Source: Candidatus Oxydemutator sp. (GTDB lineage: Bacteria > Pseudomonadota > Gammaproteobacteria > Poriferisulfidales > Oxydemutatoraceae). Taken from it: 64,000 bases of DNA. This document shows, one piece after another, positions 40,960 through 48,709 of the stretch. Each line of letters begins with the position of its first letter. Positions within the stretch are counted from its first letter, which is position 1. The notes beneath the pieces are model-generated. The model was not told the origin of the DNA. It made no database searches and saw only the letters and a list, made by a program, of their open reading frames with translations. The position numbers were made by a program, and so were the translations under genes. The stretch lies in contig OZ241883.1 of the NCBI GenBank assembly GCA_965203445.1, positions 992,001-1,056,000 on the forward strand, read 5' to 3'.

Positions 40960-41628
40960 TTAATCGGATATAGTTTTCACAACATCGTAATCTTCGATAT
41001 TGCCATTTATATATTCTGCCTTTTTAAGATACTTCTCACTATCTGCTATAAAGTCATACCATTTTACTGAATCTATGTATGAATGGAATCCAGTGTAAAC
41101 TGTTCTAGGCGAATGATATTTACAATCTGAAAAGGTCGGAGCTTTCACATTGAACATGTTGTTCCTTAGTATTCCGAACAAAGTGTCTATTTTCAATGTT
41201 CTGCAATTACAGTGGAGGCAAGTATTTTCTTTAAGATAGTACCTGTAATCAGAGTTATAGTCTGGCAACACTATCGCCAGCATCGCATTGGCGTGACTTG
41301 TGCGGTCATTGCGTGAAATTTCTTTGAGAGAGTATGAAACTTCCCAAGGTATCCACTGGTCAGATTCGTTGTTATAAGGATCTTTCATACAGGGCGAAAT
41401 AAAAACGAGTGTCATACTGCTATCGTATATCTTATCTTTCAGATGAGTGGCAATAGTTTCATCTTTGAATTGGCTCAGGTCTTCATTGCCTTCTCCCTTG
41501 TAGATTTCATCTCCTTTGAATAACTTGATTAACTCGTCCACATAGCCGCGTGCAGTAGTGGCTATACCGTTCAAAGGTGCAACGGTGCTATCGTTATGCT
41601 TGTACGTAACGAATATCTTTCTAGCCAT
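40960..41628 (-). CDS. TIR domain protein (DUF1863 / ThsB-like) with C-terminal extension
   Basis: RKIFVTYKH, IYDSSMTLVFIS, QWIPWEVSYSL with catalytic Glu; CLHCNC in the extension. Confidence 0.85.
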   Translation of the reverse strand: MARKIFVTYKHNDSTVAPLNGIATTARGYVDELIKLFKGDEIYKGEGNEDLSQFKDETIATHLKDKIYDSSMTLVFISPCMKDPYNNESDQWIPWEVSYSLKEISRNDRTSHANAMLAIVLPDYNSDYRYYLKENTCLHCNCRTLKIDTLFGILRNNMFNVKAPTFSDCKYHSPRTVYTGFHSYIDSVKWYDFIADSEKYLKKAEYINGNIEDYDVVKTISD

Positions 41629-41640
41629 TTTTATTTTCCT

Positions 41641-41724
41641 TTACTCCCCCCACCACAAATAGGGTTTGAGCAGGGCTATGAAGTGTTGTTTTTCTTCTGC
41701 GGTCATTTTGGCGGGGTTGATTTT
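41641..41724 (-). repeat. 84-bp copy of the mod gene 3' end
   Basis: 80/84 identical to 43606-43689; encodes KINPAKMTAEEKQHFIALLKPYLWWGE*. Confidence 0.95.
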
Positions 41725-43601
41725 CAGAGTTTAGCATTACTTGAAGCTTGGGCTTCAGCTTCCGCTGGAATTATTTCCTTCAACAAATCAAATATTACTT
41801 GGAAATGTTTGAAGTCATCAGGTGTTCCATTCTCGCAAAGCCAGTTACAAAGATTGTCCTTTTCATGCTCGTTGATATTCCATTCCTCCGGGATTATTTT
41901 TTCTTCTCCTCGTTCGATCTTTGGGTGTTCCGGAGTAATGTCTATGAATGCAGGTTTGCTTTCTATTGCCTTTTGCAAGGTTGCTTTCTCGAATAGATTT
42001 TCAATACCTTTCTTCAAGGGATGATCTTTCTGTTCAGGAATGTTTAGTCTAATTACATTCCCCTCGGCTTCCTCTTTCGGTTCATCACAATCATAGAGAA
42101 GCATTACCTTCTTATGCTCAATTATTTCGGAAAGTTTAGAAGAACGTCTGTATTTCCAAATATTACTCAAATTCCCATGCCCGCCTCCGTCTTTTAATTG
42201 AACCCTTTCCAGGAACTCTTTTTCATTAAGCAATTCTGCCGCTCGCTCCAAATATTTTATGTCAGTCTTTCCCTCCATGAATACAATGGGGTTTTGGGCC
42301 TCGCGGATCGCTTGTTGAATGGCATCCAAAAATGTTTTGGTCCTGGTAAGGGAATCATAGGCGTTGCCAAATTCGCCGAATTCCTCCGGACTGATCTGCC
42401 GCCCCTGGGGCAACTCGTACAGGGCGAACCCATCTGTCCCTAAGGCTTTTTCCATTCCGAGTACAAACAACGGGGAATGGGTGGTAACAATGAATTGAAC
42501 CCGTGGAAACATTTGTATCAGTTTAGGCAGCACTTTATATTGGTGAACAGCATGCAAGTGCAGGTCAATCTCATCAACAACGACAATGCCACGCACGTTG
42601 TCGGCGTTAGTAAAAGATGCTTTAGATAAATCAAAATCCCGGAGGATGGATAAGAACAGATTCAACAGCGAAGTTTCTCCACTGGATAATTGGAAAATAT
42701 TTGGGACAAGAGTTTGATTGTTATGCATCAAAGAAACTTGTCTGTTCTGCCTATTGCCAATTCCTAACCGTAAATTTTCATCCGCCTGAAAGATAACCTG
42801 AATAATACTAAGGACAATTGCATAAAGAGAATTTGCCGGTCCCTGGTATCCAAGCAATAGAGGCAGATTCACACTATGCGCGGGCTGATTGTTAGAATGT
42901 TTTGGATTAGCAACGGATACAGAGACAGGCCGGGTATGCATTTCAAAAACAGAATAGTCGTAAATCAGATCAAATAACCAGTTTCGATTATGGGAGAGAG
43001 GGGAATACTGAATAATTCTGCGATCGGTATATCCTTGCATATGCCTCATATCTGTATATTCAGCTTTGCTTCTTAAGTTCTCTTTATTCAGCCATGCGGG
43101 TTCCTCAAATCTATCAGGCGGGAAATAGAGAATACAGCTACTTTCAAAAATCTTTTTTAGAGCATCATTTTGAGTAGAAATGCTCCCATCGATCCAATCT
43201 GCTCCCGCATCAGAGATACCACTCCATAATTGATCAATGCTATCAGCACAAAATGAAGGCTTTTGAGAAAAATCTTTCTTTGATCGAATTAAACATAATT
43301 CTTGAAGATATAAATTTTGTTCGAAATCCACTTTTGCATAGGAATATTCATCTCCTAACCTGATGTAGAAAGGAGACCGTAGCTTGTACACTCTATTCTG
43401 TTCCATCTCGCTATTTTCAGGATAAATGACGCTTTGCGCTGACATCAAACCATTGACAATATGAGACAAGAGAATGCTTTTGCCCGAACCATTTTTACCA
43501 ACCAGTAAAACCGGTTGGGGATTGTCCCCGGCGAAAGGGAAGGTAATATCAAGATGGTCAATCGGACCATAGTTTTCTATTTGAATTCTTTTGGTGTACA
43601 T
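41724..43601 (-). CDS. ABC-type ATPase with C-terminal TOPRIM-like domain (OLD-like nuclease)
   Basis: GKNGSGKS, LSSGE, VVDEIDLHLH, TTHSP; C-terminal VFMEGKTD and LYDCD. Confidence 0.8.
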   Translation of the reverse strand: MYTKRIQIENYGPIDHLDITFPFAGDNPQPVLLVGKNGSGKSILLSHIVNGLMSAQSVIYPENSEMEQNRVYKLRSPFYIRLGDEYSYAKVDFEQNLYLQELCLIRSKKDFSQKPSFCADSIDQLWSGISDAGADWIDGSISTQNDALKKIFESSCILYFPPDRFEEPAWLNKENLRSKAEYTDMRHMQGYTDRRIIQYSPLSHNRNWLFDLIYDYSVFEMHTRPVSVSVANPKHSNNQPAHSVNLPLLLGYQGPANSLYAIVLSIIQVIFQADENLRLGIGNRQNRQVSLMHNNQTLVPNIFQLSSGETSLLNLFLSILRDFDLSKASFTNADNVRGIVVVDEIDLHLHAVHQYKVLPKLIQMFPRVQFIVTTHSPLFVLGMEKALGTDGFALYELPQGRQISPEEFGEFGNAYDSLTRTKTFLDAIQQAIREAQNPIVFMEGKTDIKYLERAAELLNEKEFLERVQLKDGGGHGNLSNIWKYRRSSKLSEIIEHKKVMLLYDCDEPKEEAEGNVIRLNIPEQKDHPLKKGIENLFEKATLQKAIESKPAFIDITPEHPKIERGEEKIIPEEWNINEHEKDNLCNWLCENGTPDDFKHFQVIFDLLKEIIPAEAEAQASSNAKL

Positions 43602-43605
43602 CTTC

Positions 43606-46230
43606 TTACTCCCCCCACCACAAATAGGGTTTGAGCAGGGTTATGAAGTGTTGTTTTTCTTCGGCGGTCATTTTAGCGGGGTTGGTTTTTTCGGTGGTGC
43701 CGTCGGCGAAGGTTACCTGGTCGGCGGTGCGGCGGCGGATGGGTTTGCCGAGGGCGTTGGAGAAGGATTCGGCGATGTCCAAGTCGGGGTACAGGTCGTG
43801 GAGGTTGATTTCGAGCCTTTCTTTGTTCACCACTTGGACGGCGTGGGCGAGTTTGTCGTCGTTGAAGAAGACGTATTGCTCGAACGGGGATTTGAGGCTG
43901 TCTATTTCTATTTGTTCGCCGTCTTTGTAGTGCGAGTTTTTGAGGGTTTCCTCGTATTGTTCCAGGGTGTAGTACTTGAGGCAGTGGCTGCTGCCTTCAC
44001 GCGATACAGGCTGGCCGTCTTTCCAGTCTTTGGAATATACGACTTTCTTGATGCGCGGGAGCAGGACGGTATGGAAGTAATCGCCCATTTCGACGAGCAG
44101 GTATTTGCGGTTGCCGCCGTCTTCTCTGTTCAGGTTGATGACGGCATGGGCGGTGGTGCCGGAACCGGCGAAAAAATCTAAAACCACCTCCTTATCCTCG
44201 TGAACGCAAGACTTTATACAGTCCTCAACGTTATAAATTGATTTTGGATAAGAAAAAGTGCCTGCTTTACCCATGATGGCGGTAAGAAGATTACTTCCAT
44301 GCACACCAGCGTTATACTTTTTGTCAGTCCAGTTACTAAAAATTGGTCGCCGTCGGTCAGTTTCCTCAATGAGTTGGTAAATGGACATACCATTTTTGCA
44401 GATAATGTTCCCTTTCTTATTTTCATTGAGAAAAGATTTGTAGGAACGACGCCATACACGTTCTGTTCCGTCCGTGCCAATGGGATATATGCGAATCCAC
44501 CCCTCAGATGTGTTTTCTTCAGGATAGTCAGCGCCCTGTGGAGGCTCTTCGGCACCCATGACCTTGAAATTTTTGGGGTTCACCAGGATCGCATAAAAGC
44601 TATTCGGACGGCCAATACGCAAATTACTTTCGGCTGTACCAGTTCGGACAAAGCCGCGCTCAGTCTGTCCTATGTCTTTCTTTTCTCCTCGTAGTATCTT
44701 TACATCCGGTGGGGTCATAAAAATCGCATACTCGTGGGTACAAGATATGTTTGTTCCCTCTAGTCCCGCTCCGGCCGGATGATGATTGACAACTACCATA
44801 TTCCGTTCCCACATTGGCAAGCAAATTTCCAAAAGGTGGGAAAGAAGTACCATTTCGGTATCATCAATTGCTGCAATAAAGACGCCTTCAGTCATTAAGG
44901 TGGATGCCGAATGAACGATTCTATTCTCCAGCAATGTTATCCATGAAGAATTTTTGTATCCGTTTTTGTAGGCAATTTCAGATGCGTCGGTGTTATACGG
45001 CGGATCAATATAAATGCACTTCACCTTCCCCCGATACCGCCTCTGCAAAGTGTTCAGCGCCTGCCAATTTTCGCTGTGCACGAGTTCGCCGTCCAGGGCT
45101 TCGTCCAGGTTGCCGAGGGCGTCTAAAATCTCCAGTTCCAAATCTTTGAAATGTCTGGTGTCCAGGGGGAGGTGTTGCCATTTTTCCTTCGCCCCTGCCC
45201 CTTTCCCAGAGGGAGATAAGTTGAATCCGTTCTCCACCATGCCCAGTTGGCGCCATTCTTTTGTCTGCGCTTTGATGCCCTTGTGTTCGGTGATTTTCTT
45301 CAGTAGTTTGGCGGGCAGTTTGTCCAGCGTCACCACGTAATGCACGCCGCGCACGAACTTCGGTTTTTCCCACGCGCGCCGCAGTTCATCCTCGAACTGG
45401 GCGATGAAGTCTATGACGTCGTAGGCGGTTTTCTGGATCGCCTGTAATTGCTTGACCCTTTCCGCCTCGAAGATGCTTTCCTCTCTGAACATGAATTGAT
45501 ACAGCCACAGGTCGAACTGCTCGCGCAGAAAGCCGCGCGCGTCCTTGTTGATAAAGAAGTCCACTTCGGTCTGCCCGCGGAAGACGCGAAAGGCCTTTTC
45601 CAGTTCATCCTCGCTCAGCCGCAGGCGGCTTTTGCGCGCCTGTCTGATAATGTCGTCGGACTTGGTCTTTTTTCCTTTCTCGGAGTAGGAGACTTTCAGG
45701 TGCAGAACCGGCCATCCGTCTGCGTCGTCCACTTTGTCGAACGCAAACACGAACTCGCGCTTTTCGTTGTTGCGCTTGTGCTCGATTTCGGTGGCGTCGA
45801 AGTAAAACCGCCTGATGTCTCCCAAGTGGTCGCGTTCGGGCAGCTTCACCGGCATCGAGCGCACCAGCACGTCGGACTTTACGTAGTAGAGCATCTGCGT
45901 TTTCCACGCCAGGGCCACGTCCTTGTCGTCGGCATAGACGCGCTCGTACGTCTTGGCGAAGGCCGGCAGGTGGCGGAAATAGATCGAGCCGCTCTCGCTG
46001 AAATAACGCCTGAAGAACGTCCATAGCTTGTCGAACAATTCCTCGCGGAAACTGGTTTCCGGTGCGGCGCGTCGGTCTATGGCCGCCATCAGCATGGGCT
46101 GGATGGACTCGAAGTATTGGCGCTTGATGCGCATCAGATTGACGAAGCCGGAGTCGCCTTCCACCTCGGCCCCGATGAACAGCGCCTCGAGCGCGTCTAA
46201 AAACCGTTTTTCTTTGTGTCCGATGGCCAT
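43606..46230 (-). CDS. mod: Type III R-M DNA methyltransferase Mod subunit
   Basis: SENWQAL, IYIDPPYNT before VLDFFAGSGTT (beta order) with an intervening TRD. Confidence 0.9.
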   Translation of the reverse strand: MAIGHKEKRFLDALEALFIGAEVEGDSGFVNLMRIKRQYFESIQPMLMAAIDRRAAPETSFREELFDKLWTFFRRYFSESGSIYFRHLPAFAKTYERVYADDKDVALAWKTQMLYYVKSDVLVRSMPVKLPERDHLGDIRRFYFDATEIEHKRNNEKREFVFAFDKVDDADGWPVLHLKVSYSEKGKKTKSDDIIRQARKSRLRLSEDELEKAFRVFRGQTEVDFFINKDARGFLREQFDLWLYQFMFREESIFEAERVKQLQAIQKTAYDVIDFIAQFEDELRRAWEKPKFVRGVHYVVTLDKLPAKLLKKITEHKGIKAQTKEWRQLGMVENGFNLSPSGKGAGAKEKWQHLPLDTRHFKDLELEILDALGNLDEALDGELVHSENWQALNTLQRRYRGKVKCIYIDPPYNTDASEIAYKNGYKNSSWITLLENRIVHSASTLMTEGVFIAAIDDTEMVLLSHLLEICLPMWERNMVVVNHHPAGAGLEGTNISCTHEYAIFMTPPDVKILRGEKKDIGQTERGFVRTGTAESNLRIGRPNSFYAILVNPKNFKVMGAEEPPQGADYPEENTSEGWIRIYPIGTDGTERVWRRSYKSFLNENKKGNIICKNGMSIYQLIEETDRRRPIFSNWTDKKYNAGVHGSNLLTAIMGKAGTFSYPKSIYNVEDCIKSCVHEDKEVVLDFFAGSGTTAHAVINLNREDGGNRKYLLVEMGDYFHTVLLPRIKKVVYSKDWKDGQPVSREGSSHCLKYYTLEQYEETLKNSHYKDGEQIEIDSLKSPFEQYVFFNDDKLAHAVQVVNKERLEINLHDLYPDLDIAESFSNALGKPIRRRTADQVTFADGTTEKTNPAKMTAEEKQHFITLLKPYLWWGE

Positions 46231-46268
46231 CTGCCTTACCCTAAGTTTTCAAGCACGTCCTCTTAAAA

Positions 46269-46287
46269 GGAATTATCAGAGGTTCCC
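46269..46287. mobile_element. Isolated IS5-like terminal repeat
   Basis: GGAATTATCAGAGGTTCCC, similar to the end at 46703-46722. Confidence 0.55.
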
Positions 46288-46293
46288 TTGCGC

Positions 46294-46599
46294 TTAACGC
46301 CAATAATTATTGGCGATGGCGATAGTTTTGAATTCTATGGCGACCAGCTCCGTTGCCTGCATCAACAATGCAGGATCATCCTGGTATTTCTGGCGGACCG
46401 CCATTTTTATGCCTGAGTCTCGCTGAATGGTGCCTATGGTTTTTCTGACTATTTTTATAGCGAGCATGCGTCCCTCAAGGGGCGTTTTGGTAATGAGGCT
46501 CGGCATGTAATCCGCAGGTTTCTTGGCCTCTTCGGCATATCCGATGGTTCCGACGAACAAAAAAGGCAGGATAAATATGGTTTTCAGCATACGACGCAT
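46294..46599 (-). CDS. Hexameric tyrosine-coordinated heme protein (HTHP) family, with signal peptide
   Basis: PSLITKTP.EG..LA.K..R, Q.D, R..Y..D (Tyr ligand), F.TIA.AN.YW match the HTHP pattern. Confidence 0.8.
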   Translation of the reverse strand: MRRMLKTIFILPFLFVGTIGYAEEAKKPADYMPSLITKTPLEGRMLAIKIVRKTIGTIQRDSGIKMAVRQKYQDDPALLMQATELVAIEFKTIAIANNYWR

Positions 46600-46635
46600 T
46601 GTGTACTCTCCTATAGTTCTGGTTTGGGAATTGCA

Positions 46636-46722
46636 GGGAATCTCTAAAAACCCCCTGTATCAGTTTTCATTATAAGCCCTTGCCATTACTCGACTTGAAA
46701 AAGGAATTCTCAAGAGGTTCCC
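46636..46722. mobile_element. 87-bp MITE-like IS5 derivative
   Basis: Starts GGGAATCTCT, ends AGAGGTTCCC (imperfect inverted repeats); first ~60 bp resemble the reverse complement of the IS end at 31877-31936. Confidence 0.65.
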
Positions 46723-46784
46723 GCTAATCCTTCGCGGATTTTTCGTTGTGCTTGCGCGGCCGGATCAGCCTGGTCTTGATGGTG

Positions 46785-48494
46785 TCAGTTTTCGCCATTG
46801 GTTGAATCTCCCGAGATCTGCTTCAGGCGTTTTTTTCCTGCCTGCGTCAGGCGGTAGCGCTGCTTGCTGCTGCGCGGCTTGTCCGGGATGGTCATTTCGA
46901 TCAGGCCGGCTTGCAAGGCAGGGAGCAGATAGACTTCGCTGAAGTGCTCCCGGTGTTTCAGGCCAAGAGCCTCCTGGAGGCTTTGCCTGGTCATTTCCCC
47001 CGACAGCATCCGTAGTAGTCGGACTTCCGGAGTATCCTGCTCGGCGACTTGTCCGGTGACTTGCTCGGTGACTTGCTCGGTGACTTGCCCGGTGACTTGC
47101 CCGGTGACTTGCCCGGTGACTTGCCCGGTGACTTGCCCGGTCACTTGCTCGGTGACTTGCTCGGTGACTTGTCCGGTGGCTTGCTCGGTGGCTTGCTCGG
47201 CGACTTGTCCGGTGACTTGCTCGGTAGCTTGTCCGGTGACTTGTCCGGTGACTTGTCCGGTGACTCGTCCGGTGGCTTCCGGGGAGACTTCCGGGGGCAC
47301 TTGAGGGGTAGTTTGGGGGACGACTTCCGGGGTCGCCCGATCCTCCCCCGATACCTCCTGAATCTCCCGAACTTCTGGGTTCGGGCGGAAGGTGACGGTG
47401 ACGAAATTGCCGGCCACGAACTCCGGCTTCGGGCAGTCCTGCGCCTTCGCGCCGTCCCGGATGCGACGGATCCCCGTGCCCGCTTTCTCGATGAAGTCAA
47501 TGCGGTGGAGCAGGTCGGCGATGAGCGGGTTGCGGCGGATGCTCATGCGCCCGAGGTCGGTCAGGGCCAGGCCCTTGGGCAGGCCGCCGGGGCTGATCAC
47601 CTCGATCCGATCCGCGTAGACCTCGACGAAGACGTTGGCGCCGTCGAAGAACCAGTCGCGGTGCATGACCGCGTTGGTGATCGCCTCGCGCACCGCCTCC
47701 ATCGGGTACTCCGGGATGTTCTGTCGCCGCAAGCCCTCGATGCGGTAGGCGGTGCGGGTGTTGCGCTCGACGAAGCGCATGGCGTCCTCGACGTCGGCCA
47801 CGATGCCGCCGTCGAAGTCTTTGCGGTCCAGGATGTGCACCTTGTCGGTGCCCCGCCCCAGCAGGCAGGTGACGTACGCCTCCGGGAAGAAACGACGCAC
47901 TTTCCTGGCGAAGAAGAGCACGCCCGCGTTGCGGAAGAGCAGCCCGTCGCCGGTGCGCTCGGCGACCTCGATGTTGACCAGCACGTCCTCGACCGGCGGC
48001 TTTCCGGTGATGCCGGACAGGGCGAGCCAGGCGTCGAACTTCTCGCGGTCGAAATCCTCCGGGTAGCGGAAGCGGGGGCAGGGGGAGAGATCGAACCGGA
48101 TCACGCCCTCGGTGCGGAAGAAATCGCGGATCTTGTCACGGCTCATCTTCTGGGTCATCGCTCCTTGACGCCAGAAGAAGCCGTCTCTGCACTGCACCGG
48201 CTTGGCGTCGCTCTCGCGGACGTGGACCACGAGCACCCCGGCCACCGGCTCCACCAGCACCTTCACCGCCGGATCGCAGTTGCGGGCGATGTCCTGGACG
48301 CGGGCGCGCAGGGCGTTGGTGTCATTCGCCCCGATCACGTCGCCGTCGTCACGCACGCCGAGGAGGATCTTCCCGCCGACAGTGTTGGCCAGAGCCACGA
48401 CCTCGCGCGCGAACGACGAAGACAGGCGTTCCTTGAACTCCAGCGTGGTGCCTTCGCCCTGCTGGACAAGAATTGCAAGATCGGTCGGTTTCAT
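46785..48494 (-). CDS. AlbA_2 plus HATPase_c_4 protein with tetrapeptide-repeat linker and C-terminal HTH
   Basis: [58 protein letters not shown]. Confidence 0.85.
   Translation of the reverse strand: MKPTDLAILVQQGEGTTLEFKERLSSSFAREVVALANTVGGKILLGVRDDGDVIGANDTNALRARVQDIARNCDPAVKVLVEPVAGVLVVHVRESDAKPVQCRDGFFWRQGAMTQKMSRDKIRDFFRTEGVIRFDLSPCPRFRYPEDFDREKFDAWLALSGITGKPPVEDVLVNIEVAERTGDGLLFRNAGVLFFARKVRRFFPEAYVTCLLGRGTDKVHILDRKDFDGGIVADVEDAMRFVERNTRTAYRIEGLRRQNIPEYPMEAVREAITNAVMHRDWFFDGANVFVEVYADRIEVISPGGLPKGLALTDLGRMSIRRNPLIADLLHRIDFIEKAGTGIRRIRDGAKAQDCPKPEFVAGNFVTVTFRPNPEVREIQEVSGEDRATPEVVPQTTPQVPPEVSPEATGRVTGQVTGQVTGQATEQVTGQVAEQATEQATGQVTEQVTEQVTGQVTGQVTGQVTGQVTGQVTEQVTEQVTGQVAEQDTPEVRLLRMLSGEMTRQSLQEALGLKHREHFSEVYLLPALQAGLIEMTIPDKPRSSKQRYRLTQAGKKRLKQISGDSTNGEN
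47037..47276 (-). repeat. 12-bp coding tandem repeat, about 20 units
   Basis: Units encode [VA][TA][GE]Q ([12 protein letters not shown]). Confidence 0.95.
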
Positions 48495-48584
48495 GAGAAT
48501 TTCCGCGCTCCTCCGATAACTGTATGTCTCAGCACTTCCCGGATACGTCCGGAAGCAACCTCGAGGACGCAATGTTATCGCATT

Positions 48585-48622
48585 GTCGGCAATAATCAGT
48601 GGAAATTCCGACGAACGGCATC
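48585..48622. repeat. 38-bp direct repeat, copy 2
   Basis: GTCGGCAATAATCAGTGGAAATTCCGACGAACGGCATC. Confidence 0.8.
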
Positions 48623-48709
48623 GGAACCAAGCCGACTATGTAGAAAGCATGGATGCGCGGCATTTTGCCCGTCGCTGCCGCTTCTGGTCTTTGCGGCGAA
48701 TCGGGTAGT

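Noticed and set aside
47056-47304. CPVT/CSVT Cys-rich repeat ORF as a metallothionein
   Set aside because: Antisense reading of the VTGQ repeat inside a well-supported gene
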